64,000 nucleotides of DNA, taken from assembly GCF_009834535.1 (NCBI RefSeq), contig NC_045696.1, forward strand, positions 24,926,001-24,990,000, given 5' to 3'. This stretch comes from Camelus ferus. Taxonomy: Eukaryota. The translations under genes were made by a program, and so were the position numbers. This document shows positions 13,313 to 26,095 of this stretch, piece after piece. Within the stretch, counting starts at the first letter, position 1. Each line of letters starts with the position of its first letter. The notes below the pieces were generated by a model. It was given only the letters and a program-made list of their open reading frames with translations, had not been told where the DNA came from and ran no database searches.

Positions 13313-13482
13313 CCATGGTTCTAATTACTGTGTGTGTGTCCCTGAAATTGTGTTTAAAAGGGATTCTGGGTCCTGTCCTTGGAGTTTCTGAGTCAGTCTG
13401 GCACCTGAGAATATGCGATTCTAACAAGTTCCCATGTCATCCTGCTGCTGCAGGTCCAGAGGCCACACTTCCCAGACTGCCT
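13313..13482. mobile_element. MER5A hAT DNA transposon
   Basis: gattctgggtcc...gtttctgagtcagt...gagaatatgcgattctaacaagttccca...gctgctgcaggtccagaggccacactt. Confidence 0.75.
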
Positions 13483-13489
13483 GAGACAT

Positions 13490-14150
13490 TGTCATCATTT
13501 ACAACAGTAACTCCTATGCTCAGAATTTTATATATCCCATTCTCTGAGCTCCTCCTTTAATCATTTCCTTTAATACTGACTTGACAATCTTTCAGTCTCT
13601 CTGGGACCTTCAGATTGGTATCTTACTGCATTAACATTAACCCTCACTCCTTTGATGTCCTCTCTCGCTTCTTTTCCTGCCTAAATTCCACAGTCAGTCA
13701 ATCGTTCCCTTGCATATATCTTCAAATTCCTGGTTTCTCTTTCACTTTGTTGAAACAGCTTGGAAAATAATCAATCCTAGTTAGATCCAAATTTCCATCT
13801 AATCTTCATTTATTCCCAAGAAACTGGATGCATGGAGTAAATCATAAGCATGCTGTCTTCTTTCATTTAAATTTATAACTGAGAACCTCAGAGCTACCTG
13901 TCAATCAATTATCTACGTGTGCCCCAATCCATTCACTCTCTAATTCACCTAGGGAATGGTTTTGCATCTTCTCTTGTCTCTTACACCATCAGTGCTTCCC
14001 CAGAAATCCTTCTCTTTTTGGTCCCTGCTTCCCTGAGAACACTGCATCAAGCAGAAGAGAACTTTCATAGACTCTTAAAACCATTTGCATCTATTTTACT
14101 ACATCTGAACCCATATTGTTTACCTTCTGTTATTACAGATGGACCACCTG
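13490..14150 (+). mobile_element. L2 LINE remnant
   Basis: Pyrimidine-rich degenerate L2-like text; continues the segment at ~12500-12580. Confidence 0.55.
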
Positions 14151-14174
14151 GCCCCAATCTGTACATTCTCCACG

Positions 14175-14292
14175 GACCCTTATTTTACAGATGAAGGTAA
14201 TGAGAATGGAGTCAAGGTTGTTTTCTCATAACATAGCTTAGATTCAAACCCGTGGAGTCTGTTTCTAGAGCTGGGACTCAAAATCAGTGCAT
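14175..14292 (-). mobile_element. MIR fragment
   Basis: cccttattttacagatgaagg...gattcaaacccg...gtctgtttctagagc. Confidence 0.65.
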
Positions 14293-14892
14293 TTTGAAGG
14301 GGAGGTCCTGTTAGAAAATGAGTGCTGGAAAAAATCTGGAAGAATCTGCTGACTGAGAAAACACTTTTACTATTTGAGCCTCTTGGAAGAGACCTTCAGC
14401 CTTCTCATCTGGACCAAATTCAGAGAGCTGACTAGGGTTGGAGATTTCTAAGGTCAGTGAACAAATACCCTCACTCAGAAAGTGGAGATAAAAGGCTTAC
14501 CAGGCACATTATCTTAAGGACATTTAATTTAAAACACATTTCATTAGTCAAATGCAACTTTAGTAACTGCTCCCTGATCACTTCCACTCTGTGACAGTGG
14601 GAAGGGTGGAGAGAACCCAGAGCTTTCCTAGGTGCCTGAAATTAAGGGGAAATTTTATACACATGGAAGAACTCAGAAATGAAAGGTTGAGGACATAGAT
14701 AATAAATGTAAAAAATTTTATCTTTTTGAGAAAATGTTGATTTTATGCAAGAATGGATAATTGTGTGAAAACTGTCATTCACATCTATCAATGTGATCAC
14801 CAATAATTTATATAATACATATGCTCATAGTTTTAGAAAAAACTTTATTTTTGAGAAATTTATCAGTCTCTAAAAACATCCTTAAAATGCAG

Positions 14893-15043
14893 AAATCATC
14901 AACTTAAGCCTACTAAGAAGGCTCTACATATGAATAATTTTATACAAAAATGCTCTGTGACAACAGTGCCAGTGGTGGCTGGTTTTATTTCATTTTATAA
15001 TGACAAATTTAGTTAAAACCCAGCTTCTGAACTGAATTTCAGG
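14893..15043 (+). pseudogene. Exon relic: NHQLKPTKKALHMNNFIQKCSVTTVPVVAGFISFYNDKFS*NPASELNFR
   Basis: 151 nt, phase 2 to 0, one stop in 50 codons, strong AGG|GTAAGC donor. FYxxKF..A.ELN resembles the RGS alpha5-alpha6 loop (IYxxFI..A.EVNI). Confidence 0.65.
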
Positions 15044-16184
15044 GTAAGCATCTGAAAGAAAGAAATACATGTAGTCTAATCTTTAAAAAAAATTGTTTCT
15101 TGTTATTTCTTAAAATATTGCAAGGCTCTGACTTTACTTATACCCTGAAAAGGTATGTAGATTTATGTACAGCTATTGCAAAGTGGACAGTCTAATGTCT
15201 ACTCTGTTCTGGTGGCTCTTTAATCTAATTATTATAAAATAGTTAATAAATTAGTTGGCAAATGGAAAATTTGAACTTTATACACTAAATTTTTACTTTG
15301 TATTTTCAACTCTTGAAAAATAGATGCATATACTCAGAATGATATTCACTTCACTGTACCATAATATACTTCAATCTTTTTATCTTCAGCTGCAGAGTTC
15401 CCCCATCCTTTTAATTATGTTAACAGCGTTTACTCACCTAGCATTGCCCATCCACCTCCACTAATTCATGACTCTATTATACTTTTCCAGGGGATGCATT
15501 TCCATAATTCTGCCTTGTTATCAAGTTTATTTTTTTCCTTCCAGTTTTTTTGACTGTCGTCCAAAATTTTTTGGCTTTATCAGGGATTTTCACTTTATTG
15601 TCACTTCATTTTTTTTTCCCCTAGCTTTTCATAACTTACTGTGGTTATATCTGCCTTTTAGTTCCCTTAAGATTTCTTTTTAAGACTTCAAACTTTTCAT
15701 TTTATTTTTAGCTCATGAAACTTGCAAAAGTCTGTACCCTTCTGATTTTTCACTTGCTTCATCGACACGTTCTTGTGTTTTGTTTTCATTTTAAAATACC
15801 AGAAAGTAAAATGTCTCAGCAGCTTGGTGGGTAGAATAGTTTATTTATAATTTCAAAAAAATTTTTTTAACTTTTTGTAAGATATTTGCTTATAGGTTAA
15901 AATCTTGTGTATAAATTCCTTAAAAAAATTCCCTAAATTTCTGTGGAGTTGTCTGATATTCTTTTATCATTCAATGTAATCACTGGTGCTATGTTTTTGT
16001 TCTCCCACTCAGGGTAAATAACTGACAAAGATGTGTTATTAGCTGCATCTAGATGTGAATGTATTCAATCAGATATTATTGAAACTCCATTAAGCTTAAG
16101 TGGGCTTGGGAAAGCATAAAACAATATATATATATATATAAACTTTATTTATATTAGACATTTTTTTCTCTTCTTAAAATGAGT

Positions 16185-16390
16185 AACCTGGTATATGGCA
16201 AACTGGCTAGGAGAGGAGGAATTGGAAAAGAGAAAAGCTCTATTTGAGAGTTTGTCTATTTCTATGGTGTGCACATCTCTATGCCCAGTTTTAAGCTACT
16301 GGCAGTTTAACAGTTCACAACATTTCTGAAAATCTAATAATCAGCTAACACAAGTGGGTACAGGCCAGCACAAGCCAGCTCCAGCACAAA
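16185..16390 (-). mobile_element. MER63-like hAT-Blackjack element
   Basis: gcaaactggct...ttttaagctac...tttaacagttcacaa...ctgaaaatctaataatcagct...agccagctccagcac resembles reverse MER63A. Confidence 0.65.
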
Positions 16391-17285
16391 AGTAAAAATG
16401 GTTACTAAGTTTTACTAGGTCATGGAGATCTTTGAACATATAACGAAGTCTGTGACCTTCAAACAAATAAGAAAAAATGCATGTAAACAGATTTTGACAA
16501 AACTTGGCCGTTCTATCCATGAATCTCTGTATAAGAATCCCCTTTTCTCTGTGTAGTTGTAATTTAAAGGGTTCAAAGATTATGATACAAATGATAAGTA
16601 TTCTGTTTAATCTCAACGCTTTGATTTTCATATTTTGAGAGCCAGGTATATAACTGCAGCATTAACAACAGCATTTCCTCAGGAAAACTTAGGAACTGTC
16701 CAGAGAAAGGGGCCTTTGTCTCCAAACAGTATATTCCTCTTCTTCCTGAAGCTCACCATATAAAATGTCAATTTTGTTTCAACTGTTAAATATGACCTTT
16801 GTCCTCCCAGTCACCAGTGATCTGCTTTGGGACTCTTTGATTCTCTATAATTCCTATCAGATAGTATGAATAAAAGAGCAAATTTGCTTGCTGGTATATT
16901 GAAAAAGCAAATTTTTCTTTTCATATTTTGATAATTTTGTCAAAGTACAAAATCATAAGTTATTTGAATATCTAAAATCTTCTGCTCTATTGTTCTAAAA
17001 ATTCTAGATATCTTCCATGTAAAGAATAGCCAAAAAAGAATAAGATAATTCTCAATTGCTGCTTCAATGATTTCTTTGCTTGTAGTGTATCTAATTAAAA
17101 GGCAAAACTCTCATTTCAAGTTTTATAGGCATCAGTTGCCTGATTAAAAAAGTAAAATTTCTAACCATATAATCTGGAGTTAAGAAACTTGTAAAAAAAA
17201 AAAATTACTTTAACTTCATTGCTGATAAGTTTGCAAATTTAAATCTTAACTTACTGCGACAAATTTATTTACTTTGTGCTGACAG

Positions 17286-17507
17286 GACAGTATCTTGGGG
17301 CTTTGTTTTCCAAGTCAGTTCTAAATCTGCATTGTATCAAAGTCTTCTTATTATGCTTTGGATGTTATGGTAGATAAATGGTTTCTTCACAAAGATACAT
17401 TCATTCTGGTATTGAAAATGCCTACTTAAAATTCTGCATGGATAGTTTTATTGAAAAAATATGTAGGCAAGCCATTAATTATACACAAAGACTTGGAACA
17501 AATTCTT
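17286..17507 (+). pseudogene. Exon relic: ...YYALDVMVDKWF/(fs)RYIHSGIENAYLKFCMDSFIEKICRQAINYTQRLGTNS
   Basis: gctgacag acceptor and CTT|GTAAGA donor. LDVMxxKWF..YIxS fits RGS alpha8-alpha9 with one frameshift. Overlaps ORF-track ORF 17378..17563. Confidence 0.55.
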
Positions 17508-18341
17508 GTAAGAAGCATAGCATGCCTTCCATTAAATGTATACATTTTATTCAAAGTTACTGAAAGTCTTCCTGAGGTTAAACAATAAATCTTAGGAATT
17601 TAACCACTCTGTTTCCCCCAAAGGTATTTTTTTTTTTCTGTATGACACACACATAGGGCCAAATTTAAATAGCTAGGCAATATTTTTCAGTGCATTTTTG
17701 TTGCAAATCTAGTTACTGTGAATAAGCTGCTCAATTATTGTCCTCAATTTCTTTTTATTATGTAATTATTATTCTATTTTGGATCTTCTTTACAATTGTG
17801 AAATATCTTGAATCAGAAATTGCAGAGAATATATAAATGAGTGAAAATGCATCCTGCCATAAAATCGAATCTGGAAAAATTATTTTGTCTTGAATTTTAA
17901 GCAGCATTTTATTCAAGGCACGTGGAACATTTTCCAGCTCATATATTTCACAATAGTATAGAATTTTTTGCTCTTTTTTTGGGAAAGAGATTTAGCAGAT
18001 AAATTTATCACTTTACTTCCTACTTTTTTAACTTTGATAATCTGAACAATTTATATGGATTAATGAGTCTTTACATGTAAAAAAAATTCACAATCTTTTT
18101 TCCAATTTAAAAGTACAAATAGTAGCTATACTTCGACAAATAAGTTAAAAAAAAAAACACTAAAAAAAAAAAAGGTTAATTGGCCAAAAAGAAATCTATA
18201 AACATGCTTTAAAAATCAGAGTATCTTGAGGTCCAAAATAGATTGAAAACAAACCTTTCTGGGGGTAAAAAGACTAAAAAACTGAAATATTTGACACATT
18301 TCTAATTGCTGTTAAATGGAGTGGCATGGCATTTTAAATAG

Positions 18342-18826
18342 GTGCTAAATTTTTCTGAAAATATACTAGATGGTAGAATTTCAGAAGAGCTTCTTCTAAA
18401 AGTTTCTACCATTCTTGTGACTGGTATGAAAGAATTCTCCTCACTTACTCTACTGGGCTCAAGAAGTCAGAGTTACATTCTTACCAAGAAGCCTTAGAGA
18501 AGCTTGTTCTGTATGAAAATATAAGCCATATTGCTTATTCAAATTCTAATTAGAAAATTCTCTGTATTCCCTCTTCCACATGAAAAATGCACAGGCATTT
18601 TGCTCTCTAGGCAAGTAAATCTTCTTACTATTACTTCAGATCCCTGAGAACAGGAAATACATTACTCCTTAGCTGAAATTTCCAAAGGCGTTTCTCAGGA
18701 CAGAAGAATGAACTTAACATTAATTGCTCATGGGGCTAGTATTTTGGATCTATTCTCTTGGCCATTTCACTCTGCCACTGAAAAACAGAAGTCATAGAGA
18801 AGTAGTCATCACTCACCATGTGTCAG
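18342..18826 (+). pseudogene. Large exon relic containing an RGS N-terminal half (LLTITSDP...LKFPKAFLRTEE...GLVFWIY)
   Basis: ttttaaatag acceptor. One frame has only 3 stops over ~150 codons. KAFLRTE at 18685-18705 and FW at 18742-18747 match the RGS FxAFLxxE...LxFW pattern. The CAG|GTGTTG donor is weak. Confidence 0.65.
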
Positions 18827-19079
18827 GTGTTGTGGCATGTATTGAGGGAATAGGAAGGAAGGAAAAATGAGTAATCTGAAAATCATTGACCTCCGTTTGC
18901 TTGAAGTTGATTTTGTGCACCCTGTAGCTGAATTCTTGGTGAATCAGGAGACAGTTTCAACTGATAGGAACATTGTCCCTCCCAAGATGCCTCATGCTGA
19001 CCTTGAAATGTTCTCCAAATTGATTCCTGGCTTCATTTGTTTACAAACTCAAATCTCTGTTTTGTAAGTAGATGAATGT

Positions 19080-20456
19080 TAGCCACTCATTTAAATCCTC
19101 TCACTTTTAAGCTTCTGTGATTCCACTTTGGCTTGGCTTCTTTAACCCTCTAAAATCTTTTCTTCCCTCATCTACTCGTAAATTCTGATACCTTGAACCC
19201 TGCTCCCCCCGCCTCCTTGCCCTATGCCACCGGGAGTTGGCCCTTCATTCTCTACTCTCTGCTTAAAATCCCTCTGCATAATTTTATTTACAATCATGAT
19301 TCAGAAACACTTGTAATTTTAAGACTCTTGAATCTATATCTGTGTTTTCAGCATCTCTTCTCCGGTAGATACCCAAGTGTGACTCCCTTCTGGGTCTCTC
19401 CAGTGGGAAGTCCCAGGGTCCTCTCAATCTCAACATGCTTGTTACTACACTCCTCACGTCTGCCCCTTGTCCCACTCCCACACCCTGTGCTCCAGCCCTA
19501 CCCGCTTCCCTTCCTCCTTTCCACAAGCTGGTTATCAAGATCGTACACCTGGTCATCAAAACAACACACTCCAGCTTCCAGGTCACCTCCCATCCATTCA
19601 CCTCGTGCCCTGCCCCCTTTGCATTCAATAGGCCACCAAATGTTTTTGATTTTGCCTCTTTCACCCTGCCTGTCCTCAGTTCTTGGTTTGTTGGTATGTC
19701 CCTCATTGTTCTTTTAATCTGATTACCTCTTCCATCTTTATTCCTCTACAACCAACTTTTCTTAAAAAGAAAAACAAAAAAACAAACAAACAATGCTATG
19801 GCTTTCAAATCTTTATTATAAAACCAAGGCTCTTATTCTGAAATGAAAGCTTTTCAGGATTTGGAGATAGCAGCTGGCAGCCTTGGGTTTGTATCCAAAT
19901 CACCTGATTTTTTTTTTTTTCCCCAAACACATATTCCCAGGCCACTCTTCTGAGATTCTGGTTTGATTGGTTTGGGGTAGGGTCTGTGCACCAGTATTTC
20001 TAAAACGCCCAGGAGATCCAAATAGTCAGAAAGAGCTGAGCACCTCTGATTCAGCCCTTCACCTTTCTCAGCTGTCCCCTTTACACAGGAGCCTGAGTGC
20101 GCCTCCTCCACCTACTCGGGCCCCTGTGATTTCTCACACTTGATTCTTGGCACACACCCTTTCTTCTCAGTTATCCCCAACTTCTTGTCTCTCTTCATCT
20201 GCTTAAACTGTATTCAAACCAGCTGCAGCACCAGTGTCATTAACACACCTTCAAATGAAGCCATAGAATGCCCTCGACCTCTTTATTTTAATATTGAAAC
20301 ATGTATAATTTATTATATTGCAGTTTATTCTGTCTCCTGCTACACTGTGAGCTCCTTTGAAGAAAGGAATGCATTTTATTTTGCTCTTAAGATCCTCACT
20401 GTATCCCATTGCCTGGGACAGAACACTCATTAAAAGAATTTTAAGCTGAGTTGAAG
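19080..20456 (+). mobile_element. L2 LINE remnant with 3' tail, interrupted by MER5
   Basis: ctcaatctcaacatg...; tail tgtctcctgctacactgtgagctcctttgaagaaagg...gctgagttgaa. Confidence 0.7.
19880..20049. mobile_element. MER5A/B DNA transposon
   Basis: aatcacctg...attcccaggccac...gagattctggtttgattggtttggggtaggg...tttctaaaacgcccaggaga...gagcacctctg. Confidence 0.7.
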
Positions 20457-20529
20457 GTGTTACACAGGACAGAATTCTGTATCTGATCTTATTGAGGATT
20501 GCATGATGTCAAAATAATTAAAGTTCATC

Positions 20530-21520
20530 CCACCTCTTACCACCTCCCTTGCTCCATTGTAATCTGTCATAGACTCCTGACTGGTCTGCTTTCAGAGTCT
20601 TGTCTTTCTGCAGTCTGGACACCATGGCAAAGTTACCTTTTCAAAGGAAACATTCCAGTGATTTCCTATCACAACAGTAAGGCTCTGCTTTGGCTCTTTC
20701 CCAAGAGGACTCGCCTTGCTCCCTGAGCTGCAGCCACACTGGCCTCTGATTCTTTGTCATCCTCCCTGTGCTGGGTGTGCTCCACTGCACCCCCTGTTCC
20801 CTGTATGCTCCACTGTTCTCGCTTCTCTGCTCTGTGGGCTGTACTTTGTGGTCTAAACACCTGGGCTCCTTTGCCTTTCTCTTAAGTTCAGCTGATAGGA
20901 GGCCTGAGCAGGAGACTGGAGGACTGGACAGGAGGGAGCCTGGGAAACTGATCCCCTACTCTTCCTCTTTAACCTCACTTGGCGTGGCTGTGTTTCCTAC
21001 AGCCCTTGGACGGAACTCTTCTTCCAAGCCAGACTCCTGCAAGGTTCCACAGCCACTGTTTCCCTTTTGCACCATTGATTTAGGAGTGTTACATATTTCC
21101 CATGGTTGCTAGTCCCTGGGTGTAGGCAGCAAGTCTTATTAGTCTGACATAGCTCTTTCATTCAATTCCTGAGTTAACCCTTTGTGTGCCACCTGCTTCC
21201 TGCCAGCCCGTTTATCATATACACGCCGAGCATGCTTCCTTCTCAAGGCCTTTGCACTTGATGTTCACAGTGATAGGTGCTATTACTAAATATTCAAATT
21301 CACATTCATTGATATCACTTACACCTCTGTTCAAATGAAATCTCAGAGAGTATTTTCCTGGTCGCCTTAGTGAAAATTGCCCCTCTATCTTATCTCTGTC
21401 CCTGCTGAATTTTCACCGTGGAATATCTTACAATATTAAATTGTCTTATATATATTGTTTACGTACTTGCTCATTCATTCATTCAACTCACTTCTACTCT
21501 GGAATCTACTCCTTGAGAAT
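20530..21520 (+). mobile_element. L2 remnant interrupted by an LTR33-like LTR
   Basis: gctgcagccacactggcctc...[LTR]...catgcttccttctcaaggcctttgcacttgatgttc. Confidence 0.65.
20767..21220 (+). mobile_element. LTR33-like ERVL LTR
   Basis: ctgctctgtg...ctgggctcctttgcc...gcaggagactggagg...tgtgccacctgcttcctgccag. Confidence 0.7.
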
Positions 21521-21956
21521 GATGATGACCCCAAAATAGGTGTTAAAAATTAAAAATAAATTAATTGAATAAAGGTTAACTTTTATTACTGAAATATCAG
21601 GAGTGCAGTTCTCTGATTCACACTTTTAATCATATTCGTTAGATTAACAAGTTATATGCTCATTTTCATTTGCACTATGTTCATGAATTATTTTACTCGT
21701 GGGTAAGATTTACATATTAATACTTTGAAGCAAACTATTCATGTAAATATCAAGCACCTATAGCTCTATTTTAAAAAAATCTATTTCATTGTATTTCATT
21801 ACACTTCACAAGGATTTAAATGCCTTTAACTTCTAGAACATGTCCTTGGGAGGAGGTCAGCATTGCTTCTTTGGTAGATTAGAAGAAAAATTAGGCAGGC
21901 AGAATAAAATGATTTATGTCATGTGCTTAGTATGCCTAACCATTCCCTTCTTTCAG

Positions 21957-22177
21957 GAATCCTTAACCTCTGCTTCCTCAGTATTGCATTTTTCTTGTTC
22001 TGCTACTGGCCTCATGCTATTAAATTATTTTGACCGGACCCTGTGCCATTGTGTTTTTGTTATGGCTGAGGATGCTGTTAACTTTTAGCATTTACTGTCA
22101 TCATTTCACAAAATTCTGGTCTCAGATTCCTGATAAATTGAGTATCATTCAGTACTTGGCACTTTTGACAATACCTA
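21957..22177 (+). pseudogene. Exon relic containing an RGS C-terminal half: ESLTSASSVLHFSCSATGLMLLNYFDRTLCHCVFVMAEDAVNF*HLLSSFHKILVSDS**IEYHSVLGTFDNT
   Basis: Branch point CTAAC, pyrimidine tract and tttcag acceptor; CTA|GTGAGT donor; phase 0 to 2. VFxxAxxxV and LxSD..EY resemble RGS alpha7-alpha9. Confidence 0.65.
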
Positions 22178-23357
22178 GTGAGTAACTGACTTTTTCAAGT
22201 TCACCTTTAGATTATCCTTCTTGCCATTTGTCAGACTCTATCTGTGTTTACTTGAGCACCTGAGTTCTAACACTGTGAGTACCAAACAAGGAAGTTACGT
22301 CCCTCCTACCAACTCATTAGTGGCATCACTGCTGCTTTGATGATGATGATTTGTTTCCTGCTTGGCTACTTGGATTTTCCATGCTCATTTTATTGTCTCT
22401 AAGTTTTTTTCCTCTTAAGCCTCAGCTTTTAATCAGTCATTTTTCTTGTTTTCCTTTACAAATACTGTCTTTGCTAGTCTTTCTTTGCTTTTTTCCATTA
22501 TCACTATTCACATAATACGATTTGACCCCCTGTTTCCTTAAACACTACAGTAATTTTAAGGAATGCCAGCACTGTGTTAAGTACTTACTGTGTGCTCTGA
22601 AGTATCCTAAACATTTTACGTGTCATTTCAGACTCAAAAAAGCATAACACTTTCTGACCCTCTTAACCCAATGAGATTTATCAGCCCTTATTTGGCTCAT
22701 TAATTGATACTGACTAAAATTAATCAACAGTAGTGTGAAGCTATAAAATAAATGAGACCTGATGGTTGAAATCTTATAATTATTTTCACAATGTCATTTG
22801 AGATTTAATCTCATATCTCAGCTCACATGCAGCCTCTTTCCCCACATGGGTACTAAACCTCTTGATAATATTATCCCAGTGCTATCTTCAAGATATTCAG
22901 TCAAGAAATGAAGGTTCCTGCTTAATTTTCAGCTTTCAATCTTCCTTCTGGTTAGTCCTTCCCATACACAGTTAGTAGAATAGTTTTACTATTTTACCAT
23001 TTGACATATTACCATTAAAAAAATATAGCATTTCTGGATTTATTAACTTGTCCACATTTCTGACCTCACATCATTATTTGGATATCCATGATACTTCTTA
23101 TCCATAACTTTGCTTTATATTAAAAAAAAAAAAAAAAAGCTCTTCCTAAAGGCTTTTAACCATGTTCTCTTACTATAATCACACCAGCTATGCAGTGTGG
23201 CTTTATCTCACAACGTTTAAATACCAAAATAAGCCATAAGCTGTAGAATGAATTCATTAGGAGTCTATATTATTGTTCAGGTTATGAAATCACACAACCT
23301 TGAATGTGGAATTGGGGGGCCCTTAGAGGTCATTGAGTAGAAAATGTGTTTCTTCAG

Positions 23358-23469
23358 TGACATTAGTGAAAGACTGTCTGAATCCTGTTAAACAAAAATT
23401 AACAACTTTGTGAAACAGCCAATATAGTTACTGCTAATATTCTTTATAAAGTGACTTTCATATTTTGAG
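23358..23469 (+). pseudogene. Candidate exon relic (phase 2 to 0): DISERLSESC*TKINNFVKQPI*LLLIFFIK*LSYFE
   Basis: tttcttcag acceptor and GAG|GTTAAT donor. Phase matches the preceding exon; only weak RGS alpha1-3 likeness. Confidence 0.4.
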
Positions 23470-24407
23470 GTTAATGGAATTTTTTTGAGATCTACAAATT
23501 TCATTTTTTTCTCTTAAATTTCAACTTCCAATCATTTTAAAATTAAGAGACCTACAACATCCTAAACCTCTCTGCTAAATATGCTAGGACCAATTACCTT
23601 TACATATGCAAGGACCAATTTCTTATTTTCTTTGAATTGAACATGGGCAACCTCATAGTTATACACATTTTTTATAAATTTCAAAGCAATCATCATATTT
23701 TGAAGTATATGCATTGTGTTATATTAACATCTCCCATGAGAGAGGCCAAGAAAATAATCACAATATTTGGCTTGTGGTCTGACAATATAACTTTTTAACC
23801 ATTCTTTTATGATGAAATTAAAATTCTTTTAATCTTACTGCACTTTTATCCTTTAAGTAGGACCAGCAGAAATTTAGCTTATAGTAAACTAATTCATTCT
23901 GATCTTTGCAAAATAAAATACTTCTAAGTTTTCCATTCTGTATTCATTGATTCATTAATGTATTAATCCATCTAACATGTATAATTGAACAAATTTTAGG
24001 TAATAAGTTACTACTATAGCTGCTAAGGATATTGAGAAAAATATAAAAATCTTACACTTGCTCTTCCTCTATACAGTAAGACAAATGAACCCCAACTGCT
24101 ACAACACTGAGACATGTGTTTCAAGTTTGGGCATCTTAAATACTTATATTTCATAAACCTAAATATAGAACTTGATAATGTGTTGCTGCTAAATTTGGTT
24201 TTATATACTTAGGCACATTACTTTTGAATCTTTAATTAAGTCTAACATATGTTTGCAGTCCATATCTTTATCCATTCCATTGATAACAACAGTGAATAAG
24301 CAAAGTCTAAAGGAAAGCGACATCCTGAGATGTTACTAGAAACCTCTCTCCGAGATGAAAGAGGATTAAGAACAAGGATTTAAGACCCATGTCCCCTATA
24401 AGACAGG

Positions 24408-24874
24408 TGTATTAGGGTTCTCCAGAGAAACACAACAAACAAACTATATAAAATAGAATATGTTAAGGGATTTATTGTGAGGCGTTGGCTCACATGCTTA
24501 TGAAGCTGAGAAGTCCCACCATCTGTTGTCTGCAAGCTGAAGATACAGGGAAAAAAAGTGGTGTAGTTGCAGTCTGAGTCTGAAGACCTTAGAACCAAGG
24601 AAGCTGATGGTATAAATCTTCAAGGGCAGGAGAAGAATAAGAAAAATGATATCCTAGCTCAATGAGACTGGCAGGAAGGGAGCAAATACTTCCTTCCTCT
24701 GTCTTTTATTTTATTCAAGCCTTCAGTGGATTGGATGATGATCACCCACATTGGTGAGGGAAGTCTACTGAGTCCACAAATTCAAATGTTACTCTTTTGG
24801 ATGTGCATGGAAATAAAGTTTAATCTGGGCACCCCATGACCCAGTCAAGTCGACACACAAAATTAATGATCACA
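24408..24874 (-). mobile_element. MLT2-family (ERVL) solo LTR
   Basis: tgtattagggttctccagagaaac...gctgagaagtccca...cccagtcaagtcgacacacaaaattaatgatcaca; 5-bp near-TSD ACAGG/GCAGG. Confidence 0.9.
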
Positions 24875-25655
24875 GCAGGTATAATCAACATGTGCTTGAA
24901 ATCCTTTCTCTCACCAGAGTCTACTTGTTCTGTCTTAGAGACAAAATTAAAATATTCATTTTAGAAGTGATATTTATCCAGTTTTCATTAATTATGCCTA
25001 TTGTGATAACATTATGCTCTCTCTCTCTAGTCTTGACTGCTATTCAAGGTAATTGGGCATAGTGATCAAGGAGTATAGGCCATTATTTCTGGGCCCCCCC
25101 CAACCTGATGATTGCCCAGCCATGTTCTCAGAACATAAAACAAGACCAACAGGAAGACAGTAGCTGTCCCTGAGAGAGAAACAAACCAGTCAATAGGAAC
25201 CTGAAAGCAAATTCACAAGTCACAATTCAGAGATCTAATTCTTACGAATGTTAGTCTAAGCAATCCCACTTTGGCCTGTTGTCTTTAAAAAAAAATTATT
25301 CCCTTAATTCCTTCAATGAAAACGAAGCATACAGGTTGAAACAAGAAAAGGCTAAAATGATGGTGAAATTAGGTCTTATGAGATAGAGAAAGGGTCATGA
25401 TAATTCCTTTGGCAAATGAAATCCAAAAGTAGAATCCAGTTCCTCAAAATCTGTTTTCAGAGCAGAGAAAGAATGAAGGCTGAAAGTGGCATGAAACTCT
25501 CCAGAAACTCAGGCAAGTTTTATTCTAAGTCTGTATCTTTAAGCAAAGGAATTAACTCTCCTCTTTGTACAGTTATCTACTGTTGAAGCCATTCTGCATG
25601 CAAATTCCTGAGTTTTGAGGTGATCATAATGCTGTGTACTTGGTTTTTCCCCCAG

Positions 25656-25763
25656 GCTGATACAAGGTCATTTCAGTTCATCAGATTAAAATCCATGTAT
25701 AAAAATATAATGGAGTGTTTTTTTGTGGTTGCTCAAAAACAAATTTTCAGCATTATGAAATAA
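25656..25763 (+). pseudogene. Exon relic: ADTRSFQFIRLKSMYKNIMECFFVVAQKQIFSIMK*
   Basis: tttttcccccag acceptor, GTAATT donor, 108 nt phase 0-0, open until the last codon. CFFVVAQKQIFSIM parallels RGS4-type CFDEAQKKIFNLM (recalled). Confidence 0.75.
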
Positions 25764-26017
25764 GTAATTGCATATGTAGTCCTCCATATGCTTGCTCTTT
25801 TGAGTAACATACCTCATAGTTTTTTTTTTTTAACTTTTCAATCTAGACTAAAATTTAAACTATCACTAGGTCATACATAGTCAATCTAATAGACTAAAAA
25901 GCTATTTGAAGTAATTTTCTGTCTCTAAGCTACCTTTTGGGAACTGTATAATTGGTCTGCTTCACTAGACAGCCAAATACATGCAAATATATTTTCCTGT
26001 TCATGACTTTTTTCCAG

Positions 26018-26095
26018 GCAGTCCCTCGGGTTCATACTATCAGTTCTTGTTTGCTTTTGTTGGTGGCTGACTTGAAGTATTTTTAGGCTTTCATC
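26018..26095 (+). pseudogene. Exon relic bridging two RGS repeats: AVPR/(fs)FILS.../(fs)LEVFLGFH
   Basis: ttttttccag acceptor and ATC|GTATGA donor. PR-FILS continues the RGS 'SYPRFLxS' motif from the previous exon. Ends phase 1, matching the next exon. Confidence 0.6.

Noticed and set aside
19193..19722. 174/140/95 aa overlapping ORFs
   Set aside because: Lie in pyrimidine-rich L2 sequence; no coherent protein.
21957..22060. Alternative reading of this exon as a transmembrane segment (GILNLCFLSIAFFLFCYWPHAIKLF)
   Set aside because: That frame has more and earlier stops; the phase-0 frame is open for 43 codons and fits the RGS motif order.
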